Assembly: GCF_001194135.2 (NCBI RefSeq)
Contig: NC_068981.1
Location: forward strand, 127,666,439-127,730,438
Length of the DNA stretch: 64,000 nt
DNA from: Octopus bimaculoides
Taxonomy: Eukaryota
Direction: 5' to 3'
Position 1 is the stretch's first letter, and the number at the start of each line of letters is the position of its first letter. Below are positions 13,882 to 28,295 of the stretch, piece after piece. A program made the position numbers and the translations under genes. The notes beneath the pieces were generated by a model. It made no database searches and was not told the origin of the DNA. It saw only the letters and a program-made list of their open reading frames with translations.

Positions 13882-16800
13882 ACACTCATTTTTACATTTT
13901 TGGTTGCTTACTTGTGGTTGTCTACCAAATCACAGATGTTTACTAGCTTTTCCCTAATTTTTAGTGACTGTACATTTCTATCCTTAATATTCAAGATGAG
14001 TAAATGTTTATTTGGTAGGGTAGGTGTAGCTTTGTGTATATACCTTTTTTCCCTTTCTTCTCTTAATGGCAATGAGTGCATTTTTATGCCATGTGAAACT
14101 GCTGAAGCATTTGGCAGGCAGGTAGTGAGGAGTTGATGTTGCTCCACTTCCATCTGTGTTAAATTTGTCTTTGAACTGCTTCTTTTGCTTTTAGCTAGAA
14201 GTTAGCCATGCTGTAGCTGACCTTAAAGGATCTGCTTTTCTTCTCCCCTCATTGGTGTGACTCAAGACATGAGCATAACCTATCTAAGCCAATTTGAGAC
14301 TCATGTAATGTAGATTAAATATTACTGGTATTGATTCAATGGAGGATTTCTGTATGAGGTGTTATTTCCCAACAGAAGACTGAAAGGATTGTTGGAGGCC
14401 TCTAGGTCCTGAATGTGGTACCTATATGTGGTCCATGTAGTCAGGCACACACACATACATTTAACATTCAGTATAGTGAAAAACATTGCTCAAGTTTTAT
14501 GGACTAATTGCCTCATGAAGTATTTGATACAGAATAGTGTTGTGCTCTTCAAATTATTTTTATTAGTAGTAAATACTAATCTTCTTCATGTTCTTTGTGT
14601 TGTGTATATAATCTCATCATCATCTTCATGTGGATATACTGTACATCTATACAAGATGCTTTCTTGAGATGAATACTGCAGTGTTGTGGCTTTCTACAGA
14701 TTATAGGTAGTTGTTTGACTAACTACTAATAGATCAAAGACCTACCTTGTTAGGACTGGTCACAGTCACACAACAATAATTAATAGCAGATACAATACTG
14801 ATCAGGGCTATACAACAAACTAATAATAGATAAAATACTTAAATCCTTAAAGAATAAATTTTAAACACTAATTTACAAGAACTAGAGGAATGTGGGAAGT
14901 ACAGAAATGTTCTTGACATTTAGTGTTCCAAATATAATTTAGAAGAATTAAAATATATTTCAACATTATATTTTAAACATGAACTGGCAAGAGTATTTTG
15001 AAAATGGAACAAAAATTGGATTTCTTGTTTTTCTCTACATAACTTATCTGACATTGCTATTGGTTTTATTGTCATACATCTTATTGTTCCCCAATAGCAT
15101 GAGTAAGATACGTTTTGTTGATATGACTGGATTTTACAAATTGTTTACAATTCAACTCTTAAGTATAAGGTGCCACTTTGTTCTGTCAGTCATTTAGATT
15201 AGAGTAGGTAGTCTTTTCTAATCTAGTCACAAGGCCCGAAATTTCTGGGGAGAGGGCCAGTTGATTAGATCGACCTCAGTATGCAATTGGTACTGAATTT
15301 ATCGATCCCGAAAGGATGAGAGGCAAAGTCGACCTTGGCAGAATTTGAACTCAGAACATAAAGACAGACAAAATACTGCTAAGCATTTTGCCCCGGCTTG
15401 CTAACGTTTCTGCCAGCTCACTGCCTTAATTGGAACAGGTAGTGACATTCGCATTGCTCAGAGACTGCATTATATCAGTTGTAAAATTTAAACTTGTAGC
15501 CTTGTAGTTGACACTCTAGTGCTTTAAACATATGCAACTACTATGCCTCCTTGTACCTGATAGTGTTCAGTGCAGTTTACATAAATTTTTGTGATATTTC
15601 ACTGATTTTTAGAGTATTCTGTTTGATTGTATAGAAATAGGGTCAGAGGTATTTCAACCATAACCACTGTGTCTTTGTATATCATTGAGTGCATTGCCTA
15701 ATGTGTTCTTTATTTAAGATTGTAGGGTGTGATTTGAGAAAGATTTGGCTGTCCTTTGTAGCAGATAAAGTGACTTTGTCTTTGGCTTGTTTTGTTGGCT
15801 ATATTGCTGACAATTGTACTTGGATATAGAAAATATGGAAAAATATGTACGTAAAAACCTTACTGTTGTTGAGTTTGAATGCTTTAATTGAAGAACTGAG
15901 CCTTTATAAGACTATGTAGAGACCTACATTTTCTAAATGTATGGTTCACAACTTTTGACATTTTGATTGTTTCTGAGATACATAGGGAACTTTGCTTATG
16001 TATTAGGATTCTATTGTTACATGTATCAGTCTTCTGTAATTGTAAAACATTTAGTGGTGTCACAGTTTATACATGGATACAGTGTTGAATTCTTGATCTG
16101 ATAGTTCTGATGTTATGTCCCATTAGTATTCTCTATCTGTCCTACTTCATAACTAAACAGACATGGAAAAAAAAATAGTGGAGTGATCATATGAAAATAG
16201 TAGTAGAATACCAGACTAACTTCAAATTGACATGTAGTTCGGTGGTCTACAGTAATGGGAAGAAATTTTCCTACATAAAAATGAAAAGTAGTGGTAATTC
16301 CTGTTATTGTTAGATAATCTTTGTCATGTCAGGTTGTATTGAATCATTATTTGGAAGTGAGGTAATTGATGGCTTCACTACTCTGGATATGTAAAGAACT
16401 TTGTTGGCATGGGGAACCAGCCAAGATCTGTTCAAGATAGGTGAAAAGGATGCCTTTATAGTTAAGACAGGTGACATTTTATGGCTATCCCTGCAGTCAA
16501 GACAGGTCATACATCATAGCTGTTACCTAAAGTTGCTGTGGTTTTGAAGCTGCAGACACTCCTGTTTTGGTATATCCATGGTGTTTCTTAGATCTGTAGG
16601 CTAAAGTGTCATTTTCAATACAACAGTGATCACTGGCTACTTACTATTTATCCCTCTGATAATGAATGATTGACTATACTAAAAACTTTGACTAAGCTCT
16701 TCTTCCTTCTCTTTCTCAGAACTGTATTCAAGCTTTTCAAACCACAATTCTGCAACAGTTAAAATGGAACATTAACTGCTTTAATTTCACCTAGTCATAA

Positions 16801-17856
16801 TTGTTCAGGAGAAGTGTTCAGAAAAGTATTTTATGTGAGCTTTCTTCCTCAGATTAAGTGTGAAATGTAAAACAGTACAACAAAGAAAAACTCTACCAGC
16901 TGTGGTGGTGGTGGTGGTGGTAGTGAGATTGACATAGATAATGCTATTGTCCAACAGTAGGTGAAGACATGGAACCAGTGACCTGTCCTAATTACAATAT
17001 TATAGTGTTTCATATGTCATAGTTTACAGATAGTCTATTGTAATAGTTTAATAGTAGTAGTAGCTGTTTTTATCTCATCATTTTGCAGTACTGATTCACT
17101 GGGAAGGTGGGTGAAGCTGAGAGTTTTTATGTCTGTTGTTCAAGTGTGTATATGTGCATGTGGATTTGTGTGTTACATGCTCTATGTGTGTGTTTTTGTA
17201 TGTTTGTGTATTTAGTGTTGTTTGGCATGTCAGTGTGTGTGTGTCTTGTGTTGTGATATGTAACTTATGAATGTGTGTGTATTTGATGTGTTTGTAGAAG
17301 ATCCATATCACCAGGATATCCAACTGAATGTTTAGGAGCCACCAACAGGTCTAACACTCTGGATATACAAATTATAAGATGTCTAAAGTTGCACTTGAAC
17401 TTCAAAATTTTCTCAGTGTTTTAATTATGGAACAATTTATGCTTAGTATGAGGGATGCAGAGTCCTAACAATTTAACAGTTGAAGTCAGTGTTTTAAAGA
17501 TACTAAAGAGTTAGTTGAAGAAGATTTAGCTGTAAAATCCTTTCAGGGTCAATAAATAAAATCCCAGCCAGAAGTATTAGAAGAATTGTTGATTGTTGAG
17601 CAAGATGCTTTGCAGTATCTGTTCTTGCTGTTTGTGTTCTTAGTTTGATTCCTGCCTAGCTGCCAGGACTGACCACCTGACTATGAGAGCACCCCATGCT
17701 ACCCAAAATTGGCCATTATGGACAGGTAGGTCTACAAACAGCATAGATAATCTGATAGTAGCATGTGTGTAGATGCTTTCATCCAGCACAACAATAACTG
17801 AATTGCATTTAGATAAAGAAAACTAGAAATTTTTGGCAGTAAGTTATACTCATTGT

Positions 17857-20800
17857 TATCATCATCATCATTTAACGTCCATTGGCATGAGTTGGACAGT
17901 TGCTTGACCAGGGCGAGCAAGCTGGAAGGCTGCATCAGATTCCAGTCTCTTTTGGCATGGTTTCTAGCCAAAAGCACCCCAAGAGTGTAATTGGTGTTTT
18001 TATGTACCAGTATCATTTGCATGATACTGGTATCTGCCATGACTGTGGTTTTGCTTGGCTTGATGGGTCTTCTTCTGAAGCATGGTATAATGCCAAATGG
18101 ACTCAGTCATTGCCTCTGTGAGGCCCAACACTTGAAAGGTGCTTTTACATGTCACCAGCATGGGTGACACCAGTATCTGCCACAACTGTGATTTTACTTG
18201 GGTTGATGGGTCTTCTTCTCAAGCAGAACATAATGCCAAAGGTCTTGGTCATTGCCTCTGTGAGGCCCAACACTCAAAAGGGTGTTGGGCCTTTTGAGTG
18301 TTTGCCTCTATGAGGCTCAATGCTTGAAACCACTTTGCCTCTATGAGGCTCAATACTTGAAAGGTACTTTTTATGTGCCACCTGCACAGGTGCCGGTTAC
18401 GTGACACCAGCATCAGTCACAACTGTAATTTCACTTTGTTTGACAGGTCTCTGTCACTAGTCATTGCTTCTTGGAGATCATGCTTTACCACCACATCCCA
18501 TGTCTTCCTGGGTCTATCTCTACTACAGGTTAGGGATTGGCACTTCTTTACACAGCTGTCCTCATCCATACACATCACATGATCATACCAGTGCATTCAT
18601 CTCTCTTGCACACCACATCTGATGCCTCTTATACCTAACTTTTCTCTCAAGATGCTTACACTCTGTCAAACATGCACACTGACAGTGTACATCCAGAAAA
18701 GCATACTGGCTTCATTTCTTTCAAGCCTGTGCATATCTTCAGCTGTCACAACCCATGTTTCACTGCCTTTTGTTGCTAGCAGAGGTAGGAGTTCTCTAGA
18801 CTTTGCCCAGCCTAATCTTATTCTGACAGCTATGCACTCTGAGTATCTACCTCCGCTACTAACTTGAACACCTAGTTAACGGAAGCTATCTACTACCTCT
18901 AGCTTACCCAATAGCAGTTGATGGAGTCTATTTTCCGTACATTTTCGGTGTTTATTGTTCCTGTGTATCTTCCACACACAAAAGCTATTTTCCCTGTTAA
19001 CCTTCCTCTGATATTGCTGCACCTTTTATGTGTCCAAAGCTTACACCAGGTGCATCTTACAGGGTTACTACCTACACCTTTACTACAGATCAAGCAAGGC
19101 CATCTACCTGAAGGGACTTTTAATTTGTCTGCCTTCCTACTTACTAAGACTTTGGTTTTTTGCTAGACTTTGCTTCCATACCTGGAACTTCTTCTTTAGT
19201 TCTGGTAGTGACTCAGCTATTAGAGCAAGGTCATCAGCATAGAGGAGCTCTCAGGGGCAGCTTGTCTTAAATTCCTGTTGTTGCCTAGAGGGCTATAATA
19301 AGCAAGAGGGGGCTTAGGACTGATCCTTGGTGAACCCCTACTTGTACCCTGAATTCTTCACTGTACTTGTTGCCAATCCTCACCTTACTGGTAGCATCTC
19401 TGTGCATGTCTTGTACAGCTCTCACAGCCACTCATCTATCCCTAGTTTCTGCATTGACCATCAGATAAAGGATCGGGGGACCCTGTCAAAAGCTTTCTCC
19501 AAGTCAACAAAAGCTAAGTAAAGAGGTTTATCTTTGGCTATGTATTTCTCCTGCAGCTTCCCTACCAGAAATATAGCATCAGTGGTGCTTCTCCCTGGTA
19601 CAAAACTAAACTGAATCTAGACTAACTCATCTAGATTAATTCTCCCCCTAATTAGTTGGGCTATGGCTCTTTCCATAATTTTTATCACCTGATCCAACAA
19701 TCTGATACCTCTGTAATTATTTCTATTAAGGCATCACCTTTACCTTTGTAGCAGTTGACTATGGTGCTGCTACACCAGTCATTGGGTATGAATCACCTGA
19801 TTTACAATACGTGTTACTAGATTATAACCTATACCCTCAGATATTTTAAGCATCTCAGCTGTGATTCCTGAAGGATCAGGGGTTTTCCCTGTTTTCATGT
19901 TCTTAATTGCTTTATCTACCAAAGTACTGTCAATTCAGGTAGCTGGTCCCTTAATTGGCAGACTTTCCTCCTCCCATTCATTCTCTACATTCAGCAATCT
20001 TTCATAATGACATCTCCAAGCCTCTTTCTTTGCAGAATCACTAAATGCAAGTGCACCATCATCCATGCGGACACATTTCTCTCCTATGGCATCATAATTT
20101 TCTCTCACATACTGTCTTGCAATCCAGAATACTTCAATTCTTTGGTTCTCACATCACTGAACATAGGCAAACTTCTCTGCTTCTCCCTTGGCTAGATATA
20201 TCTGTCTCCTAGCTTCCCTTCTGGCTATCTGATACAACTCCCTGCTACCCCCACTCTTCCAGGGCCGTTTCTTTGCTCTAATGGCCCTGTCTACATCGTT
20301 GTTCCACCACCATGTTACCCTGGGTCTGCTTGGGACTTAGTACCATCCACAGATTTGGTCTGTAGCACTCAGCAAGCTGTCCCACAGGAATTCCCAGTTG
20401 CCCTCTATGTCAAGTTTGTAGTTCCTCCTCCCTCTCATCAAATTTCTTAATTAGGAGGTCCCTAAATCTCTCATCATATGAAGGGTCTTTAAGCTTCCAA
20501 ATCTTTCTTTTCCAGATAGGTCTGCTTCTTGGCATCCTTCTGGCCTGGAGTCTAAAGTCACGAATGACTAGTCTATGCTGGGGTTACACTCTTCACTAGA
20601 GAGGATCTTTGTATTTAAGAGCAACCATACATGCAACTGTCTGGTGAGAATATAATTGATCTGGCTAGCATAGCCACATGATTGGTAGGTTATCAGGTGG
20701 CTAGTTGGTTTCCTGAAGTTGGTATTGCAGATCAGTAGGTTATTTGCATCACAGAACTCCAGTAGCCTTGTTCCCTCTTCATTTTAGGAACCAATCCCAT

Positions 20801-21242
20801 GTACACCACGGAAAATACCAGGCTGCCATCTGGAATGTCCATTAAAGTCCTCAGCTATGAAGATGAGATCCTTGTCGTTTGTCTTAGCGGTAGCCTGCAG
20901 AAGAATATCATAAAAATGGTCCTTCTGTTAATTTGGTAGGCCTGCTTGTGGGGTATAGGCATAGATAATTGACACTATGCTATTCTGCAAGACTAGGCTG
21001 AACTTAAGCACTCTATCGCTCACTCTAACTACCTCTATGATCTTATTCACCCATTTCTCTGCAAGAAGTATGCCTACACCACTTACCTTGTCGCTGTTAC
21101 CTTCCCAGAAGATTTTGTACCTATGTGTCTTGCCTGTAAGGAACCTGGCTGAAGCTCCTCTCCACCTTACCTCTTGGATGCAGCATACATCAACATGCCT
21201 CGGTTCAAGCATCTCAACCTTTCAATGTGCCTATATTGACAT
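17857..21242 (-). mobile_element. Decayed, nearly full-ORF2 RTE LINE (APE endonuclease + RT + 3'UTR + (GAT)n tail), antisense within the region upstream of the first identified SNX16 exon
   Basis: EN motifs NIGTLKG and DVCCIQEVRWRG...GVGILL (20928-21240); RT motifs (DLEKAFDRVP, GVHQGS, LLYAD) at about 19200-19520; many stops and frameshifts; atc repeats at 17858. Confidence 0.92.
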
Positions 21243-22430
21243 AATTTTCTAACTTATTGCTTTATTACTTGATGAGATAACATTTCTGTTTAAATCAGGC
21301 CTTGATCTCCAGATTCTTTGTATTATACATACCTCTATGATATCTATATTTTATATGATTATTTCATCCAAACCCATTTTATTGAAGTCTCTCTTGCATT
21401 GGCTCACTACTGTATAGGTTTCAAATTTTGGCACAAGACCAGCAATTTCAGGGTGAGGGGTAAGTCAATTACATTGACTCCAGTGCTGAACTGGTACTTA
21501 TTTTATCAACCCTGAAGGGATGAAAGGCAAAGTCAATCTCAGTAGAATTTGAACTCAATGTAAAGATGGCCAAAATGCTATGAAACATTTTGCCAGGTGT
21601 GCTAATGATTCTGCTAGCTCGCCACCTTTCATTTGCTCACTGCTGTATTGTTGCCTATTTAGCAATAACATGGTTGTGTGATATTTTGTATATTGAAATA
21701 AATTGGATACATATAGCATTCCTTGTGAATTATCTCTCTAGCTTTGTATGACCAATTACTTTTGTGTGCTGCAACAAAATGTCCACAATAGTTTCTTTAT
21801 TTACTGACATTCATTCTGTCTGTGAAAGTTACATTACATATCCATCATGCTTTATGTTTCATGGTTTATGTTTCATGGGTTTCCATTGACTCGTTCATAC
21901 TTGGCCTTTTGCTCTTCCCTTTTCCTATGTCTCCTTTACCTATGTTTCTTCTTCACCATACAACACACCTACTATTACTGTTCAAGTTTCACTGCCATAC
22001 AGTGTTTCAATGACAAGACTATGTTGATACTATACTGCTTCCATTACTATTCTTGTTATGCTGGTATAAATCTCTCCCAAAATTTCTAATGTTTCAGTTA
22101 TACATGGCACTATGCTATTACCATACTCTGATCATGATTTTCTGCTTATAGTATCGCACCTTTATTGTCTTTGTGTATATTTTTCTTGTTATACTGTATT
22201 ACACTTCTACATTAATTGGCCATCTTTTAAACTTATACATTACCATACTTCATGCATCTCCCATTACTGCCCATATTTCATTTCTGCACAGCATCAATTT
22301 GTCACACAAATATCATTATACTTTTTCTTTTCTATAGATGTATAAAATTGCTTTATGTTACTATTATATGAATTTGCAAAAAAAAAAAAGAAAATTGAAA
22401 TTTTCAGAGATATTCTTTAAATCTTTTCAG

Positions 22431-22517
22431 GTATTTAAACTGCAAGTAATCCATTCACCTCATGACTCCTGGTTTGTTTTTCGCCGTTACACAGATTTTG
22501 TTCAGTTATCAGATAAG
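22431..22517 (+). CDS. SNX16: SNX16 coding exon, first PX-domain exon ([29 protein letters not shown])
   Basis: tcttttcag acceptor and gtaag donor; 87 nt, phase 0/0; carries the PX RRY motif and resembles vertebrate SNX16 [29 protein letters not shown] (recalled). Upstream exon(s) not identified in the window. Confidence 0.93.
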
Positions 22518-24084
22518 GTAAGGCTTGATAACCTAAATTAAAGCACTCATCAAATTAAACTTATAGATATCTCTAAAACAACTAAGCATCTCAAACTCTA
22601 GACATCTAAATGTTATTCATGTCTTTACCCAAATGTCAATTTCTTTATTTTGTTCTTCATTAATTTATAAAATTTTCTTTAAAACAAGTACATTTAGAGC
22701 TTAAATGATATATCTAAATTTCCAAAATACCCTCTAAATTTCACTGTATTTAAAAAAGTAAATCTATCTTTACTCTCAAATAAATTAATTCACCCTTTTC
22801 TCCATAAAAATGTTTTCTATCTAAGTTGTAAATTAAAATTCCTGCAGAAAAAAAATAAGGATTCTTATAAACTAACAAAATAAATCAGAAACCAAATACT
22901 ATTATAAACAACGGTTACAGAATATTTAGTAAAAATACTTCTTTTAATAAAGTAATGTCCGTCTGAAGTATGTTTTCCAAAATTAACATCCTACTCTTCA
23001 ACTTAACATTGAAGTAGAGAGAGACATATATACAAACTTATATCTCCCTTCTATTCTCACTCATTAAATATCATTTCTCACTGGCAGCGATTAGGCAGTG
23101 ATTTGGCTGAATCATTACAGTTTCAAATAGAACACCTTGTGGTATTTGTTCTATCACTCTGTGCCCCGAGTTCAAACTCCACCAAAGTCAATTTACCCTT
23201 TTATCCTATTGGGGATATCTGTCAAGGGTTGTGATTTGGAGGAGTTGTTAGAGAAAGTAACAAAATGCCTAGCGGTATCTACTTTGGTTCTTAGTGTTCT
23301 GAATTCAAATTCTGTTTAGGTGCCAATATCTGGGGGTAATCACTCAAATGTAAGAGCATCTGATCTGTTTAATCTGTAATTGGCCAACATGGACAGGTAG
23401 GTCAATGATTAGCATAGATAAGCCAACAGTGATATGTGTGTAGAACCCTTAATATGGTACAACAATAGCTGAATGGAAAAGTTGCATTATAAAAGGAATA
23501 GAGGAGATTTTTCTTTGGAAGGTATATTGAATAACTATAATTTTCGTATTGATTTATTACTTGTGGAGGAAACAGTTCTGTTTAAAACAAGCTTTCAGTT
23601 CCAGATCATCATTATTGTACATTTTCAAGGTCAACTTTGCATTTCATTCTCTCGGGGTCAATAAAATAAGTACCAGTTGAACACTGGGGTCTGTGTAATT
23701 GACTTTATCCCTCCCCTGAAAATTGCTGGCCTTGGGCCAAAATTTGAAATCAATATTACACATCTACTTTTAGGACATCTATGTTATATATGTTCATATA
23801 AAATCACCTGTTTTATTCTTATTCCGTCTTATGCTTATTTTATTGTTGTTTGCCTCTGGCCAAATACCACTTTCCAGCTACATCTACATTCACCTTCAAG
23901 CTACATATAGTGTACAGTGTCCACCTCTAAGTTAGCACTACTGTATATATCCACATCAAAGTCCTGTATCAAATTCAAATTGTCTGTGCTGTACTGCTCT
24001 GCACATGTTCACTTCTAAGTTATTAATAAGGTACATGTTCACCTTCACGCAATTTGTACTGTACATGTTCTGTATATGTATATA

Positions 24085-25165
24085 CTAGCTGGTGTATCCA
24101 GTAATTCCCGGGGGTAAAGATGTTCTGTTGAAATTTCTTATTACTCTGATATAAGAAAGTAATTTTGTTATAACTGCCACAAAAGGTGTATTTTCCGTCA
24201 TGGAAAAGTACAAAAAATTGTCAGCTGGAGGAGGGAGAGATTGTTTGAGGTTGGCGAGAGAGGTCTTCGGAGGTTGGCGAGAGGCAAAGACATTATTCTG
24301 CTTAGCAAAGGCATCTGAGAAATGGATAACTGCTGTCATTCACAGACAAACTGTTGTTTTACCATGAGAAAAGTGCTGTTGAAGTGTTAAGTGTAATTTG
24401 GCAATCAAGGTTTGAATCCATGCTATGCTTGCATGAAGCCACTACAAATACGTTGTGGAATAAAAAATTTATGTACTGTCATGGAAAAAGTGTAACTGTA
24501 AACATGTAGAATTATCGGAGTAATGGGCATTCAAAAAAGTATGTATGTACAGAAATGTAAGATTCAAATTAAAGAAGTGCAATAATAATGTTTAGCAGTT
24601 CAAGACTGTGTGTAGTGAAATGCAGAATTAAGTCGGCTGATCGTGAGAATCAAATATTGATTGCTTTGCTAAAATCTGCAGGTGGTATGGGTTATTTCCC
24701 TTGGGTTGTTTAAATAAAATATTAGTAGTTAGAAAGATCCATTGGAAGGGCCCTATTATCGATTTTTTCAACAATCTAAGTATGTCACAAGGTCTAAGTA
24801 TGTCACGTGTCAAATAAAGTATAAAAGTGATATTATCTGCAAAAATTAGAAATTGGACACACAAAAAAATCAATATTCAAAGTAATCGAATATAAACAAT
24901 AAAATGGGTTATTTCCCTTGAGTGTTTAAAAACTATTGTACAGGTGCTATGGGTGTTTTTTAAAATAATTAGTTATATGAGGTAGATATAAAGGTCCCTT
25001 CCAGGGGCCGTATTATTTTTTTAACAATCTAAGTATGTCACGAGGTTTCCAGATAGGAGTTCTACTCACGTGTCAAGTTTCATCAAAATCAATAAAACGA
25101 TGTAGGAGGAGTTATCTAACAACGCCACAAACAAAGACACACCGATTTTCCATATATGTAGTAGA
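24085..25165 (-). mobile_element. Non-autonomous Helitron
   Basis: Minus strand starts A|TCTACTAC (25165) and ends CTAG|T (24085), with a degenerate GC hairpin just inside the 3' end; internal diverged duplication at about 24690-25075. Confidence 0.7.
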
Positions 25166-27052
25166 TTCTATACATGTGTTTTGTACATATACTGTACATG
25201 TCCAACTCCAAGCTAGTATTAATATCATATTTTTGTTATCACATTGTTAAACTCTCCCTATTTGCAGATTACTCAACTTCAGGTAAGATTGTCATCCTAT
25301 TTGGTTTCATTAAAATGCACCTAGTTTCTTAATGACACCTACTATCCTTCATTGTTACTTTTCCTCAACAGTTTTACCCAGCTTCAAACAGTTTTGCTTT
25401 TTACCTTTCTTGGATTTATTATTTTTCTTTCACAAAATGAATAATTTTATCTTACTAATCAGCTATCCAGTTAATATAACCCACAGAAAATCTCTGCTTT
25501 TACAAAATTAATAAATTTACCGTTTGTAGTTGTTATAAAAGATGATGGGAATGTCAGATAAGGTTTAAGACAGTAAAGTACCACATTAAATATATTTAGT
25601 TTTATTTATTTCATGACAGTTTAGTTTCATTCCTCTATGTTATGAGTACTGACTGCTATTTCTTGTGTTGGGGGTCACCAGTTGTGCAAAGAACACTGAA
25701 TCTGTTGCAATTTTTGACAAACATGATTTTATTCTTTTTGTACACAAAAAACAAATACTGTTATTACTATGAACAACAAAATGTTGAGAGAGTTTGAATG
25801 TTATTGTTCTTGGTGTAATTGTAGAGGTTGTCAAAAAGTTAGCTGCTAGTCATTGTGTTGTTGTCAGCTCAAGTAAGCAGCTGTCTGTGTTTGTTCACTG
25901 TTCATCTGCTATCTAATCCCTAATCTCAGTGCTTCTCCAAGCTCTCTATCAAATAGCCAAGGTATGCCAAATTTATACTGATGGTTAGGCTCAGAAAGAA
26001 GCATGCCAAAAGATGAAATCATTGCTGGAGCCTGTTTCATGCAAAGTCATGACTGGTCAGATTTTGTTGATCACATGGGTAATATTCTAGCAAATCACGA
26101 CATGGGTGTAGTGATCTGACTGTTGAACATTCCCACTACATCTCTCTCTTAAATTTTTCTTGTGGTCAATTTTACCTTCCATTCCTCCTCCTTTAATTTT
26201 ACCATGGTCAGCTTTGCTTTACATCCCACCAGAGTTGATAATACAATGTACCAGTAACAAGATATATAGTAGTAATGCAGTCAGTTCAATTTATTATATC
26301 TTGTCCTGTACAAAAAACAACTTTATGCTTTGATAATAGAAGATATTTTGATAGTATCATAACTGTGATGCTAAATGTACCTCTGTGTTCTTTAGATAAA
26401 CACAAAATACAGGGTTGTCATTGTCTTTTGTTAGTTTAAAGCTTATAAACTATGTATCTTGGATTTATTCAGTCAAACTGTATCTTTCCTTTCAAAATTG
26501 GCCTGGTGCCTTGCAAGAAATCATCATCATCATTATTATTATTGGTCAAAAGTGGTGAGCTGGCAGAATTGTTAGCATGCTGGGCAAAATGCTTAGCAGC
26601 ATTTTGACTGTCTTTCTGTTTTGGGTTCAAATTCCACTAAGGTTGACTTTGCCTTTCATCCTTTCAGGGTTGATAAAATAAGAACCAGTCAAGTACTGAG
26701 GCTGATGTAATTGATTTTCTCCCAACTACATTTTAGGCCTTGTGCCTATTGCAGAAGAAAAAAATAAAATTATTATTATCATTGTTGGTAGCCAAAGTCA
26801 GTTTTGCTGTGGCACAGAGAGATTAAAGAAAAGTTAAATTTGTATCTTTTCTAATTAGTTGTCAGTGGTTTACCACTTCAAAGAAAGAATGGATTTTTCT
26901 GAGGGTAATTTGGATGCTACTTTCAGCAGATCAAACAACTATAATGAAGTTCTCTTGATTCTTTATATTTTCTTCATTTTTTTTTCTCAACTGGAATAGC
27001 TAATCAAGCTTATTCCGATTCACATTGTAACACAATATTTAGTGAATTGTAT

Positions 27053-27268
27053 GGTGGCGAGCTGGCAGAAACATTAGCATACTGGGCGAAATGCTTAACA
27101 GTATTTCGTCTGTCTTCACATTCTGAGTTCAAATTCCGCTGAGGTTGACTTTACCTTTCATCCTTTCGGGACCTGATAAATTAAGTACCAGTTGTGTACT
27201 GGGGTCGATCTAATCAACTGGCCCCCTCCCCAAAAATTTTGGGCCTTGTGCCTAGAGTAGAAAAGAAT
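27053..27268 (+). mobile_element. tRNA-derived SINE family B (about 215 bp), representative copy
   Basis: Head ggcgagctggcagaaac...gagttcaaattcc; core gttgactttacctttcatcctttcggg...gataaattaagtaccag. Other copies at about 11115-11345(+), 15209-15428(-), 21415-21628(-), 26550-26760(+), 36372-36575(+), 55980-56195(-) and three at 62915-63485(-); partial copies at 23650-23755 and 44965-45100. Confidence 0.9.
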
Positions 27269-28295
27269 ATTTAGTGAATTGTATATAAATTGAGTTTATG
27301 CATGTTTGTTTTGAATTTTCAATATCTTTCTTGCTTATTTTAGTTAGTGCTTATTTTTACCCATATCTAAAAACTGAAACTCCTTCCTTAAAATAGAATT
27401 TTATATTTTTATAAACTCCATAGATCTTATCTGGTCTGAACTGGGAACAAAAAAAACAACAAAAAAAACAAACTGAAAATAAAGCTAAAAATCTAGATGA
27501 CTGACATGAGAACAATGATGAAATTTCAATTTAATCCCACCCCTATATTTCATGTTTCAGTCACATAATACTCATTTTGCCACCCTCATACATTTATATT
27601 AATAAAGAACCAAAATAACTAAATAGATAAAGGTATTGGATTAACTACTCTTGGATTATGATTTTGGATTTGGTGTAGGCATTTCCTTGTATTATCTTTG
27701 CACAAGTCTAAATGCCTCTGTGCCCCTGGCTGTTGGATGTAGCCGGGAAATTTTTTAATGTTATCTGTAATAGATTAACACTCTGACTATTGAGATATTA
27801 ACCAATCCATCATAATGCAGCTGAATACAGAGCTTATTGGCATTATGAATGCTTGTGATCTGTGATAAGTATATTTTCTAAAAAAAAATCATTCATTATA
27901 GTACCTGCTTGTAGTACAATTAATTATTGTAAGGCCCTATATCAGCTCTGATCGAGTTGCATGATATGCAGATGGTCAGTTAAAAAGTAGGTACAGCCCA
28001 TTGATAAACATATATAATGCCTATGTTTTTCTGATAACTTGTACACTCCAACATGTAGTGTTTAGACTAGATATGCACTCTTTCCAATTTATTTCTGTAT
28101 ACTTGTTATTGTTGTTTCGCCCCAGGTCATCCATGAGCAAGCAAAACTCCAATCAGAAGCATTTCAGCCATCATCATTCTGTCTATATATATATATATAT
28201 ATATATAAATTTAATAATGAGGGTAGAAATTGATATTAATCAATCAAAACCAGTGGCCTAGCATATTTAAAAATTTGAAGATTAAAATTATATTC

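Noticed and set aside
16310-16830. ORF at 16310-16510 and a strong polypyrimidine acceptor at about 16720
   Set aside because: No SNX16-like peptide (expected ...GYEVMEERAKFT) and no matching donor. It could be non-coding exon sequence but is unsupported.
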